Source: Dehalococcoidia bacterium
GTDB lineage: Bacteria > Chloroflexota > Dehalococcoidia > UBA2979
Assembly: GCA_965262725.1 (NCBI GenBank)
Contig: OZ253555.1
Coordinates: forward strand, 2,272,001-2,336,000
Direction of reading: 5' to 3'
DNA: 64,000 nucleotides
The notes under the pieces are model-generated. The model was not told where the DNA came from. It did not search any database and saw only the letters and a list, made by a program, of their open reading frames with translations. Every line of letters starts with the position of its first letter. Position 1 is the first letter of the stretch. A program made the translations under genes and the position numbers. Of this stretch, positions 10,368 to 20,037 are shown piece by piece.

Positions 10368-10400
10368 GGTGGGGGACCGGCCGTAAGCCGGTCCCCCACC
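10368..10400 (+). terminator. 14-bp GC-rich hairpin after the SBP gene (terminator or mRNA-stabilising stem)
   Basis: ggtgggggaccggc-cgtaa-gccggtcccccacc perfect inverted repeat; no U-tract. Confidence 0.6.
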
Positions 10401-10444
10401 CACCCGCGAAGCCCCGCCCGGCGGTCCATCCCGGGGGGCACGGC

Positions 10445-11551
10445 GTGACGGGGTCACGGCCCCACCGCGTCGGCGTGATCGGCACCTCCTGGGCGGCGCG
10501 CGTCCCGCTCCCCACCTTTGTCTCCTACCCCGGCGTGGAGGTCACCGCGATCTGCAGCGGCCGCCTCGAACGCGCCGAAGAGGCAGCGCGGCGCTTCGGC
10601 GCCCGGACGGCGGTGGACGACTACCGCGCGCTTGTCGAGTCGCCCGACGTCGACATCGTCTACATCGGGGCGCCGGTCCGGCTGCACCGCGAGATGGCCC
10701 TGGCCGCGGCGGCGGCCGGGAAGCACATCCTCTGCGAGAAGCCGCTCGCGTTCGATGTCGCGGAGGCCGCGGAGATGCTGGCCGCCGCGCGAGCCGCCGC
10801 CGTCGCACATGTCACCTCCTTCTTCGTGCGCCCGTTCGAGAGCCACCAGTACGTCAAGCGGCTCGTCGAAGATGGCACCATCGGCGAGCCGCGCCAGCTC
10901 TCCGTCACGCACTTCCCCGGCTGGCAGCGCGGCGCGTGGAGCTGGCTCGACTCGGTCGCCCAGGGCGGAGGTCATCTCGGCGCCGTCGGTGCGCACTTCA
11001 TCGATCTGGCGCGCGACTGGCTCGGCGAGTTCGCCACCGTCTCGGCGCACGTGCGCACCTGGGTAGCCGAGGCCGACGACGCCGACGGCGTGCGCCAACA
11101 GGTCGACGCGGACGACGCGTTCCTGCTCACGGGAGCGATGGAGAGCGGCGCCCTCTACTCGATCCACTTCGGGCGCAACGTGCCGCCCGGGCGTGGTCGC
11201 CGCATCGAGCTCTACGGCAGCGAGGGCGCGGTGACCGTCGACGGTGACGAGGCGCGCGGTGGCGCACGGGTCTACTTCGCGCGGCGCGGCGCGCGGGCGC
11301 CCCACGAGGTGACGCTGCCCCCGTCGCGGCTGCCCGCCGCCGTCCGCGAGAGCGCGGTCCCGATCTTCGGTGCGATGATCGACGCGCTCCTGAGGTCGAT
11401 CGAGGAGGGATCTGCCAGGGGGCCGAGTTTCGAGGACGGGCTGCGGTGCCAGGAAGTGCTGGACGCCGCGCGGCTGTCGGCGACGGAGGGACGCACTGTG
11501 CCGGTGACCCGGGTGGCCGCCGGCGCGATGGGAGAGAGGACACCGCGATGA
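10445..11551 (+). CDS. Gfo/Idh/MocA family oxidoreductase
   Basis: RVGVIGT, DVDIVYIG, AGKHILCEKP, GGGHLGAVGAHFID; start GTG 10445. Confidence 0.9.
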   Translation: MTGSRPHRVGVIGTSWAARVPLPTFVSYPGVEVTAICSGRLERAEEAARRFGARTAVDDYRALVESPDVDIVYIGAPVRLHREMALAAAAAGKHILCEKPLAFDVAEAAEMLAAARAAAVAHVTSFFVRPFESHQYVKRLVEDGTIGEPRQLSVTHFPGWQRGAWSWLDSVAQGGGHLGAVGAHFIDLARDWLGEFATVSAHVRTWVAEADDADGVRQQVDADDAFLLTGAMESGALYSIHFGRNVPPGRGRRIELYGSEGAVTVDGDEARGGARVYFARRGARAPHEVTLPPSRLPAAVRESAVPIFGAMIDALLRSIEEGSARGPSFEDGLRCQEVLDAARLSATEGRTVPVTRVAAGAMGERTPR

Positions 11552-12009
11552 TCGTTGGCCTGCATGTGATCCTGCTTCGCGTGGAAGACGTTGAGCGGGA
11601 GCGACAGTTCTACGAGGACGCCTTCGACCTGCCCCTGGAGGAGATCCCGCGGGTCGAGGGCCAGCTCGCACACCTCCGACTGCCCGGGATCGCGTACGAC
11701 GGGGGGTCCACCTTCAGCGGGACGCTCGAGATCATCGCAGGCGGGAAGCCCCAGCCGGTCCCCGACGACCGCATCCACTCCCCGACGACGCCCGTCTTCC
11801 AGGTCGACGATATCGAGGAGTCGATGCGCCGCGTGGTGGCCGCCGGTGGCACCGTCGTGAACGAGCCATGGAGCAGCACGCAGCGCAGCGCGTTCACGAG
11901 CCAGGAGATCTTCGAGAGTGCCCGGCGCTCGGGGCGAGGCGTGCAGCTCGCCTACTTCGCCGATCCCGAGGGGCATGTGATCGGCCTGCGGCGCCCGATC
12001 GCCGTGTAG
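11548..12009 (+). CDS. VOC/glyoxalase family protein
   Basis: LHVILLRVEDVER..FYEDAF, FQVDDIE, AYFADPEGHVIGL; ATGA overlap with the upstream gene. Confidence 0.85.
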   Translation: MIVGLHVILLRVEDVERERQFYEDAFDLPLEEIPRVEGQLAHLRLPGIAYDGGSTFSGTLEIIAGGKPQPVPDDRIHSPTTPVFQVDDIEESMRRVVAAGGTVVNEPWSSTQRSAFTSQEIFESARRSGRGVQLAYFADPEGHVIGLRRPIAV

Positions 12010-12094
12010 CAGCGGTTCCTTGATCGGCAGGCCCCCGGGTCGCGCCCCGGCGGCGTGATCGGGGGCGGCGACCGGCGTGATGCGGCGCGGTTCG

Positions 12095-13228
12095 CTATGT
12101 CGCGCCGCGCCACATCCGGGCGAAGTCCGTCGGGGCGGCCGAGCCGCTGCCGAGCAGCGCTGGAAGCAGGCCAGGGTCGGGCTCGATGTCACGGAGCACC
12201 GGGAGCACGCGCTCGACGAAGCGGCCGAGGCTCGCACGGATGCGCTCGTCCTCCATGTGGCCGAAGTTCATCCAGCAGAGCAGGTTCTGAATGCCGAGCT
12301 GTGCGAGCGGCGTGAGGCGCTCCACCACCTCCTCGGCGGTGCCGGCGACGAGCCAGCCGCCGCGCATGTAGCGATCACGCCAGTCGGAGAACTGTGACGG
12401 CGAGAGGTCCGCCCCGGCCTCGCCGGCGTTCGCCACGGCGCTCTTGCGGACGTAGACATCGATGGGATCGGCGATCGAGCGCCGCCAGTCCTCGCCGTCC
12501 TCGGCGACGTAGATCTGACGGAGCACGCTCGTGTCGGCGAGACCGCGGGCGCGGACGCCTTCCCCCCCGTTCGCTGAGGCGACCTCGAGTCCGCCGAGGT
12601 AGTGAGCCAACCGCGGCGCCAACACGTCCACTTCGACCGGGCCGAGCAGCAGCGACCAGCCGCGCCGCCCCGCCATCTCGAGCCGGCCGGGATCGGAGGA
12701 GGCGAAGGCGATGTGCGGGTGAGGTTTCTGCACGGGCGCCGGGATGACGCGGCCACGCACCTCTCCCTGGTAGTGGGATCCCTGGTAGGCGAAGCCCGCA
12801 GGACCCGCGGACCACGCGAGGTCGCAGACCTCCATGAACTCGGCCATTCGCTCATGACGGCGCGTTATGTCGACCCCATACCCGGCGAACTCGTCGGGGG
12901 CGTTGCCGGGCCCGATGCCGATGACGACCTTCCCCGCCGTGAGCTGGTCGAGGAGGTTGCAGCGCGTCACGAAACGGATCGGGTGCTCCAGGGGGACGAC
13001 GTTGACCGCGAAGCCGATGCGCATCGAGGGGTTTCGTTGGCTGATCGCCGCCGCCATCGTGATCGGATCCGAATAGACGTTGTAGCCCGTGAAGTGATGC
13101 TCGGTGATCCAGATGTCCGAGAAGCCCCGTCGCTCGGCGAGGTCGACCTGCGCGAGCACCTCCGCCAGCACGCGGCGATCGTCGGCGGGCCCCGGCGTCT
13201 GCGGGTTCAGGTAGTAGCTCGCGCGCAG
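12095..13228 (-). CDS. LLM class flavin-dependent monooxygenase (probable CTG start)
   Basis: GFSDIWITEHHF, PAPVQKPHPHI, AGTAEEV; the frame continues upstream of GTG 13171 to CTG 13228 (LRASYYLNPQTPGPADDRRV). Confidence 0.88.
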   Translation of the reverse strand: MRASYYLNPQTPGPADDRRVLAEVLAQVDLAERRGFSDIWITEHHFTGYNVYSDPITMAAAISQRNPSMRIGFAVNVVPLEHPIRFVTRCNLLDQLTAGKVVIGIGPGNAPDEFAGYGVDITRRHERMAEFMEVCDLAWSAGPAGFAYQGSHYQGEVRGRVIPAPVQKPHPHIAFASSDPGRLEMAGRRGWSLLLGPVEVDVLAPRLAHYLGGLEVASANGGEGVRARGLADTSVLRQIYVAEDGEDWRRSIADPIDVYVRKSAVANAGEAGADLSPSQFSDWRDRYMRGGWLVAGTAEEVVERLTPLAQLGIQNLLCWMNFGHMEDERIRASLGRFVERVLPVLRDIEPDPGLLPALLGSGSAAPTDFARMWRGAT

Positions 13229-13255
13229 CGTTCGACTCCGTCCGGTGGCCGAGGG

Positions 13256-14416
13256 CTAGTAGACTTTCTCGTCGCGCAGCCGCGTGATCTCGTCCCAGCC
13301 GTAGCCTATCTCCTCAAGGTAGCGCTCGGTGTGCTCACCGTAGGTCGGCGGCGGCGTGGCTCGCGCCATGGGCTCGCGGTCGAATGTGATCGGCATCCCC
13401 ACGACCGTGATCGCGCCGTGCTCCGGGTGGTCCATGTCGAGGAGATAGCCGTTCGCGCGGGCCTGGGGGTCGTCCCGGATATCGCCGTAGCGCTGCACCG
13501 GCGCTGCCGCGATCCCCGCACCCCGCAGCCGCTCGACCCAGTCGGAGGCGCGGCGGGACGGGAGCCGCTCGCGGAGGCCGCTGAGGATCGAGCCGAGAGT
13601 GTTCTCGTCCGCCTGCTCGGTCGGCGGATCCAGACCCGCGACCTCGCAGAGCGTCGCGATCCCCGCCGGATCGGTGCAGCCGATGGCGATCCAGCCGTCG
13701 GCCGCCTCGAATGCCTGCCAGACGCCGCGGCCGTTGATCAGCGAGTGGCCGACGCCCGCGCGGGGCTCGGCGCCCCCTCCCCGCAGCGATCGCTCCGCGA
13801 ATTCCCACGCCTGGAGAGCCACCTGGCCACCGTAGAGCGACGTGTCGACCTGCTCACCGTGGCCGGTTCGCGCGGCGCGGGCGAGGGCGGCGAGCAGCGC
13901 CGAGCAGAGCACGAGCGCGCCGACCTGATCCGTGACCGCGCACCCGGTCGTCATCGGCGCTCCGCCGTCGAAGCCAGTGCGCCACATGAGCCCACCGCGG
14001 GCATGGCCCACCATGTCGACGGCGCCCTCGGAGACGCGCGGGCCGAAGGGGCCCCAGCCCGAGCCCTGCACGACGACGACCCGCGCGTTCACGCGGCGGA
14101 GGTCCTCGAATCCGAGGCCGAGCTTCTCCATCACGCCCTGGCGGAAGTTGCTGGTCACGACGTCGGAGGTCGCCGCCAGGCGCCGGGCGATCTCGTTGCC
14201 CTCCGGGTGCTTCAGGTCGAGGCTGATCGACCGCTTGTTGCGGGTGTGCGCGAGCACGAAGCCTCGCATCCACGGCTCGCCGCCGCCGATGCGCCCACCG
14301 CTCCTCTCGACCTTGATGACCTCGGCACCCATGTCGGCGAGCAGCTTCGTGGCATGCGGGCCCTGCTGAGCGATGGTGAAGTCGAGGACGCGGATGCCGG
14401 TGAGGGGGCCGCTCAT
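13256..14416 (-). CDS. Family III CoA-transferase
   Basis: MSGPLTGIRVLDFTIAQQGP, NKRSISLDLK, NFRQGVMEKLGLGFE, AVTDQ. Confidence 0.93.
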   Translation of the reverse strand: MSGPLTGIRVLDFTIAQQGPHATKLLADMGAEVIKVERSGGRIGGGEPWMRGFVLAHTRNKRSISLDLKHPEGNEIARRLAATSDVVTSNFRQGVMEKLGLGFEDLRRVNARVVVVQGSGWGPFGPRVSEGAVDMVGHARGGLMWRTGFDGGAPMTTGCAVTDQVGALVLCSALLAALARAARTGHGEQVDTSLYGGQVALQAWEFAERSLRGGGAEPRAGVGHSLINGRGVWQAFEAADGWIAIGCTDPAGIATLCEVAGLDPPTEQADENTLGSILSGLRERLPSRRASDWVERLRGAGIAAAPVQRYGDIRDDPQARANGYLLDMDHPEHGAITVVGMPITFDREPMARATPPPTYGEHTERYLEEIGYGWDEITRLRDEKVY

Positions 14417-15603
14417 GCGACCACGCCGTCCGCGCGCAGCGCGGCGATCGCGTCGGGCGTGTAGCCGATCTCGGCGAGCAGCGCCTCGGCATCGGCTCCA
14501 CGAGCGGGCGGCGGCGTGGGCGCCGGCGACGGCTCGCGTCCGAACATGAAGGGCGAACCGCAGACCGGCACGGTGCCGCGCTCCGGGTGCTCCACGTCGA
14601 CCACGTAGCCATTCGCTCGCGCCTGCGGGTCGGCGGCGATGTCGTCGTCGTCCTGCACCTTCACGCCGAGGATGTCGCGCTGCGCGATCTCCTCGAGCCA
14701 CGCCGTGACCGGACGCGTGCGCAGCCGCTCGCCGAACGTCGCCACGATCTCGTCGATGTGCTCGGCCTGGGCTCGCTCGTCGGGCCAGCGCTCGGACATC
14801 TCCGGCTCGCCGATCATGTCGCAGAGCTGGGGCCAGCGTGCGCGCAGCACGCCCGCGATCTGGAGCCAGCCGTCGGCGGTCTCGAACGCGTGGCAGATGC
14901 GACGATCGCTGACGTCGGGGTGGCCGACGGAGATGCGTTCCGTGACTCGCCCGAGCAGCCACTCGCTGTCTATTTCCCAGGACTGCATCCCGATCTGCGA
15001 GCCGTAGAGCGAGACGTCGACGCGGCGTCCGCGCCCCTCCCGCTCGGCGCCGGTCACCGCCGCGAGGACACCGACCACCAGGTAGAGAGCACCGACGCCG
15101 TCGGCGAGAGCGACGCCGGCCGGCATCGGGGGGCCGTCCGGCTCGCCCGTCTTCCACATCACGCCGCCGACCGCCTGCGCGGTGATATCGGCGCCCGGAG
15201 CGCCGGCGAGCGGGCCCAGCGGACCGTACGGAGAGGTCACGGCGAGCACGGCGCGGGGAGACTCCGCGCGCAGCCGCTCCTCGTCGAGGCCGAGCTCGGT
15301 GAGCAGTCCGAGCCCGAGCGGCGCGACGATGGCGTGGGCGTGTCGCACGAGCGACAGCACGAGCTCGGCCGCCCGGGGGCTCCCCGGCTCGACCGCGATA
15401 CTGCGCTTCCCGCTCTCGACTGCGATCTCCCACGACGACGGTGCCGGCTCGCCGAGGTCCACGGGCGAGCCGCGCCGCGGCTCACCGGCTCGCTCCACCT
15501 TCACCACGTCGGCGCCCATCTCCGCCAGCATTTTCGTGGCGAGCAGGCCCTGCCCCGTCTCGGAGAGGTCGAGGATGCGCACGCCCGCCAGCGGCGATGT
15601 CAC
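14413..15603 (-). CDS. Family III CoA-transferase, divergent subunit
   Basis: PLAGVRILDLS, LAEMGADVVKVE, GKRSI, ALADGVGA, FETADGW; GTG start 15603. Confidence 0.9.
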   Translation of the reverse strand: MTSPLAGVRILDLSETGQGLLATKMLAEMGADVVKVERAGEPRRGSPVDLGEPAPSSWEIAVESGKRSIAVEPGSPRAAELVLSLVRHAHAIVAPLGLGLLTELGLDEERLRAESPRAVLAVTSPYGPLGPLAGAPGADITAQAVGGVMWKTGEPDGPPMPAGVALADGVGALYLVVGVLAAVTGAEREGRGRRVDVSLYGSQIGMQSWEIDSEWLLGRVTERISVGHPDVSDRRICHAFETADGWLQIAGVLRARWPQLCDMIGEPEMSERWPDERAQAEHIDEIVATFGERLRTRPVTAWLEEIAQRDILGVKVQDDDDIAADPQARANGYVVDVEHPERGTVPVCGSPFMFGREPSPAPTPPPARGADAEALLAEIGYTPDAIAALRADGVVA

Positions 15604-16421
15604 GATTGCGCGGCCGCCTGCGCCGCCGGAGACTCGGAGGCTCGAGCACCGATCATTTCGTTCCGGGCCGTGGCGACGCAGGCGACGAGCGAACGCCCGA
15701 AGACGCCCCGCTCGTCGTGAAGCGCGCACTCGCCGACCGCCACCCCCTCGGCGCTCCCGCGAGCCACGACATCGAGACAGATCCACTCGCCCACCGGCAG
15801 CCGGTGCATGTAGAGCGTCATGTCCGCGTTCTTGAAGTAGAGCCCCACAGGACTGCGGTTGCTCACCGGGCTCGTGGCCTCGGCGCCCTCCGACGCCCTC
15901 ACCAGCGGCGTCAGCGGCGCGCCGTCGACGAGCGGCATCCGCATTCGCGTCCAGCGCGCCGCGGGCTCCGACCCCCCCGTCGGGCGCAGCGAGCGATTCT
16001 CGATCGAGGACGTGGCGGGGTTCCGACCCGGCCATCGATCCGTGGCGATTCCCTCCGGGCCGGAGACGGTTCGCGGGGGCGTTGTGGCGACGTCTCCGGG
16101 CGGCTCCTCGGTCCGGCGGATGAGCAGCGCCGTGGCACGGCTCACCTCGACGCCGTCATGCGTGAGCGAGACGTCGACGACCCGGATGCGCCGCCCGTCC
16201 CTCACGACCCGAGAGCTCATCCCGAGCGGCCCACGCGGCACAGGGCGGTACATGTCGAAGGTGAGGCGCGCGGGATGCAGCGTGCCGTCGACGTGGCGCT
16301 CGACCTCGTGAGCGAGGAGCCCCGTCACGAGTCCGCCGCCGAGCTCATTGTCGCCCCACGGCCCGCGGGCATTCTCACCGGGAATGTAGAGCCCGTCCTC
16401 GAGCGTGAACGCGGCGCTCAT
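15600..16421 (-). CDS. Thioesterase family (double hotdog) protein
   Basis: ARGPWG..LGGG, RLTFDMYRPVP, RDGRRI, NADMTLYMHRLPVGEWI, LHDERG. Confidence 0.85.
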   Translation of the reverse strand: MSAAFTLEDGLYIPGENARGPWGDNELGGGLVTGLLAHEVERHVDGTLHPARLTFDMYRPVPRGPLGMSSRVVRDGRRIRVVDVSLTHDGVEVSRATALLIRRTEEPPGDVATTPPRTVSGPEGIATDRWPGRNPATSSIENRSLRPTGGSEPAARWTRMRMPLVDGAPLTPLVRASEGAEATSPVSNRSPVGLYFKNADMTLYMHRLPVGEWICLDVVARGSAEGVAVGECALHDERGVFGRSLVACVATARNEMIGARASESPAAQAAAQS

Positions 16422-16542
16422 CGTGGCGCAGCCCGGCGAGCGGTCTCTCTGCATGACGATTGCTGGTGCATCGATCCCGCCCCTCTGGCCTCGCGTGGAC
16501 GCTAGGCGGGCACCGGGGGACTGTCAACAGGAACCGCGGGCG

Positions 16543-17406
16543 CTACCGCTCGCCCCTCGCGAAGCGGCGGATCGCATCCAGGACGGCGGCCGGCTGGTCG
16601 TGGTGTACCCAGTGGCCCGCATCGGGAACGACGAGGGTCTGTGCGTCGCGGAAGTGGTCGGCGTCCGCAGGACTCTGAACCCCCCGCCCAGCAGCCTCGT
16701 CGCCGATGAGCAGCAGCACGGGGCAGCGCACGCGCGCCCAGATCGGGGGCGCCTCCTCGGGACGGAGCTCGACCGGATCGCTGGAGTCTACCCACGGATC
16801 GAACTTCCACGCGTGGCCCCCGTCGACCGGCCGCACCGCATACGACGCGAGCTCGAGGGCCCGGTCCGCGGGAAGCCGCGGGTTGCCGCGACGCATCCGC
16901 TCGGCGGCGGCCTCGATACTCGGGAGGAGCCGCGGCAGGCGGCGCTCGAGGGCCCGCGTGTGGTCGACCCACTCCCGCAGCGAGTCGGGCTCGGCGCGCG
17001 GCAGCCTCTGCAGGTGGGCGCCCGTCCCCTCGATCGCGACGATGCGCTCGACATGCTCGGGATAGAGCCCGGCTGCGAGAGTGGCGACGAGACCCCCGCC
17101 GGAGTGCCCGACCACCGACGCCCGGCCGCCGACGACATCGATCAACGCGATGAGGTCGGCGATGTAGTCCGCGAAGACGTAGTGCGCGCCGATCGCCCAC
17201 TGCGAGTCCCCGTGGCCGCGCAGGTCGGCAGCGACCACGTACCACTCCCGCGACAGCTCGGCGGCGAGTCGATCCCACGAGCGCGCGTGGTCGCGCTTCC
17301 CATGAAGGAGGATCAGGGGAGGGCGGGCCCCGTCTCCCCACGCCCAGTACGCGAGGCGCAGCCGCTGCGACTCAAAGACGTGCTGTGTCGGATCGCTCGC
17401 CGTCAT
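16543..17406 (-). CDS. alpha/beta hydrolase
   Basis: LLHGKRDHARSWD, DLRGHGDS, VGHSGGG, DAGHWVHHDQP. Confidence 0.9.
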   Translation of the reverse strand: MTASDPTQHVFESQRLRLAYWAWGDGARPPLILLHGKRDHARSWDRLAAELSREWYVVAADLRGHGDSQWAIGAHYVFADYIADLIALIDVVGGRASVVGHSGGGLVATLAAGLYPEHVERIVAIEGTGAHLQRLPRAEPDSLREWVDHTRALERRLPRLLPSIEAAAERMRRGNPRLPADRALELASYAVRPVDGGHAWKFDPWVDSSDPVELRPEEAPPIWARVRCPVLLLIGDEAAGRGVQSPADADHFRDAQTLVVPDAGHWVHHDQPAAVLDAIRRFARGER

Positions 17407-17627
17407 CGGCTCCGCCTTATCGTCGGCCCGCGCGCAGCGCTCGGAGCCCGCCTCGCGGCGCCGGCCGGGACGCCCGAGACGCCCGCTCACAGCGACACGC
17501 GTCGGGCGCGAGATGGGCGGGCATCCTTCTCGTCGCGGAGCCTGACGCCACCATTCTACGCGCGGGTGTGATACTCCTAGGAGCGACCGTGCGCATTGCG
17601 CCGGGACGGTCGGGAGGGAGCCATTCG

Positions 17628-18815
17628 ATGACGGCCGCACTCGCGGGTGTGCGCGTGCTGGAGCTGGTGCCGACGCGCCAGAGCGCCTATGCGACGCGGA
17701 TGCTCGCCGACATGGGCGCGCTCGTGACCCTGGTCGAGCCGCCCGCGGGGACGGCGCTCTCCGCGGCGCGCTTTGAGCACGAACTCGACCGCATCACCTT
17801 CCACGCGCGCAAGCAGAGCGTGGTGCTCGACATCGAGCGGGAGCAGTCCCGCGGGATCCTGGGGCGCCTCACGGCGGAGGCCGATGTCGTGGTGCGGAGC
17901 GTCGGCGAGGCGACCGCGGAGCGACTCGGCATCGACGAGGAATCACTGCGAGCGCTGAACGGCCGGGTCGTCTATGCGGTCTGCTCCGGCTTCGGACCGC
18001 GGGGGGATCTCGCGGACGCGCCCGCCACCGACATCAACGCTCAGGGCGCGGGCGGCTACATGGCTCGTTCCGGCTTCGAGGGCGAGCCGCCGCTCCCCGC
18101 CGGCGCGGTGATCGCGAGCTCGACCGGCGCCATGTACCTCTGCTCGGGCATCCTGGCCGCGCTCATCCGCGCCGGGCGAACCGGAGTCGGAGGGCGCGTC
18201 GATGTCTCGCTCTACGGCGCTCAGATCGGCATCCAGTCCTGGGAGCTCGACTCCCAGTCCGTGCGCGGGATCGTGAGCCCGCGCATCGGGCGCGGGCACC
18301 CCGACATCAGCGACTACACGCTCTGCCACGTCTTCGAGGCGAAGGACGGCTGGATCACGCTGGCCGGCATGGGCTCGCCGCGCTGGGAGGCGCTCTGCGG
18401 GCTGCTGGGGCTGAGCGAGCTCCAGGGGCAGTTCATGCCCTACGGCGACCGCTCGAAGTGGGCCGTGAGCATGGCGGAGGTGCTCGAGATTCTCGGCGAG
18501 CACTTCCTGCTGCGGACCCGCGCGGAGTGGCTGGAGGCGTTCGAGCGCGTCGGCGTCACCGGCGGGTCGGCACAGACGCACGAGGAGATCCTGGGTGAGC
18601 CGCAGGCCCGGGCCAACGGCTACATGACCGAGATGGCCCATCCCACGCTCGGACCGATCACGGTCGTGGGCTCTCCCTACGTCTACGGCGGCGAGCCGGC
18701 GACACCGCCGCCTCCGCCGCCAGCGCCCGGCGCCGACACGGAGCGCCGCCTCGCGGAGCTCGGCGTGGCGGCGGGCGAGGTTGCTGCTCTGCGGGGAGAG
18801 GGGGTGCTTGGATGA
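17628..18815 (+). CDS. Family III CoA-transferase, divergent subunit lacking the catalytic Asp
   Basis: LAGVRVLEL, LADMGA, KQSVVLD, AVIASSTGA (Ser where paralogs have Asp), FEAKDGWI. Confidence 0.88.
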   Translation: MTAALAGVRVLELVPTRQSAYATRMLADMGALVTLVEPPAGTALSAARFEHELDRITFHARKQSVVLDIEREQSRGILGRLTAEADVVVRSVGEATAERLGIDEESLRALNGRVVYAVCSGFGPRGDLADAPATDINAQGAGGYMARSGFEGEPPLPAGAVIASSTGAMYLCSGILAALIRAGRTGVGGRVDVSLYGAQIGIQSWELDSQSVRGIVSPRIGRGHPDISDYTLCHVFEAKDGWITLAGMGSPRWEALCGLLGLSELQGQFMPYGDRSKWAVSMAEVLEILGEHFLLRTRAEWLEAFERVGVTGGSAQTHEEILGEPQARANGYMTEMAHPTLGPITVVGSPYVYGGEPATPPPPPPAPGADTERRLAELGVAAGEVAALRGEGVLG

Positions 18816-19996
18816 ACCGGCCGCTGGATGGAGTTCGCGTTCTCGACTTCTCGATCGCCCAGCAGGGGCCGCATTCGATGATGATGCTCGCCCAGATGGG
18901 AGCCGAGGTGATCCGCGTCGACCGGAGCGGGCCGGGTGTTCCACCCGCGCGCCCGCCCTCTCGGGATCACCACATGGTCGGATTCTCGTTTGCCCACGCG
19001 CTCGGTAAGAGGAGCATCGCCGTCGACGTGCGTCGGCCGGAGGGCCGCACGATCGTGCTCCGACTCGCCGCGACGGCGGACATCGTCACGAGCAACTTCC
19101 GGCCGGGCGTCATGGAGAAGCTCGGACTCGGCTTCGAGGACATGCGAACCGCGAACCCCCGCATCGTCTACGCGACGGGAAGCGGTTGGGGCCGGCTTGG
19201 CCCGTACCCGCAGCGAACCTCGCTCGACATGGCGGCACAGGCCGCCGGGGGGATGGTGTGGCTCTCTGGCTACGAGGGCCGGGCGCCCGCGCCGGCCAGC
19301 TGCGCCATCGCCGACCAGGTGGGAGCTCTCACGCTGTGCGCCGGCGCGCTCTCCGCCCTCGTCCGCGCCGATCGCACCGGCGAGGCCGTGCAGGTCGACA
19401 CATCGCTCTACGGGGGCGGCGCGGCGCTGCAGGCCTGGGAGATGAACGCGTCGTCGCTTCAAGGGCGAACGGTCCGCTCCGGCGACGCACATACCGTTCT
19501 TCGGCCGCGGGGGTCGGTCGGGCGGGCGTTCGAGACCTCCGATGGGTGGATCACGATCGCTGCCGAGGATGCCCCCACCTTCGCGCGCCTCTGTGAAGCC
19601 ATCGACACTCCCGACCTGGCCGAACGCTACCCGCACGACGAGGCCCGCTCGGCCGGAATCGACGCCATCGAGCGGCGTCTCGCCGAGCTGCTCGCGTCGC
19701 GGCCGGCGGAGCACTGGCTCGCGGCGCTCCGCGAGCGGGAGGTGCCCGCGGGACGTGTGCAGAGCTTCGCCGAGGTCCTTGCCGACCCGCAGGCGCGCGC
19801 CAACGGCTACATCGGGCGCACCGCGCACCCCGACTTCGGTGAGATCGACGTGGCGGGCCTTCCGATCCTCTTCGAGCGCGAGCCGGTCGCGCCCCCGCCC
19901 CCGGCCCGGCCGGGCGCCGACACGGAGGCATACCTCCAGGAGGTCGGCTACAGGTCCGACGAGATCGAGCGGCTGCGGGACGACGGCGTGATCTGA
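18812..19996 (+). CDS. Family III CoA-transferase
   Basis: PLDGVRVLDFSIAQQGP, GKRSI, NFRPGVMEKLGLGFE, AIADQ. Confidence 0.93.
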   Translation: MNRPLDGVRVLDFSIAQQGPHSMMMLAQMGAEVIRVDRSGPGVPPARPPSRDHHMVGFSFAHALGKRSIAVDVRRPEGRTIVLRLAATADIVTSNFRPGVMEKLGLGFEDMRTANPRIVYATGSGWGRLGPYPQRTSLDMAAQAAGGMVWLSGYEGRAPAPASCAIADQVGALTLCAGALSALVRADRTGEAVQVDTSLYGGGAALQAWEMNASSLQGRTVRSGDAHTVLRPRGSVGRAFETSDGWITIAAEDAPTFARLCEAIDTPDLAERYPHDEARSAGIDAIERRLAELLASRPAEHWLAALREREVPAGRVQSFAEVLADPQARANGYIGRTAHPDFGEIDVAGLPILFEREPVAPPPPARPGADTEAYLQEVGYRSDEIERLRDDGVI

Positions 19997-20037
19997 CCGC
20001 CAACCCCGGCGAACAGGCATTCAGGAAGGAGACGACC

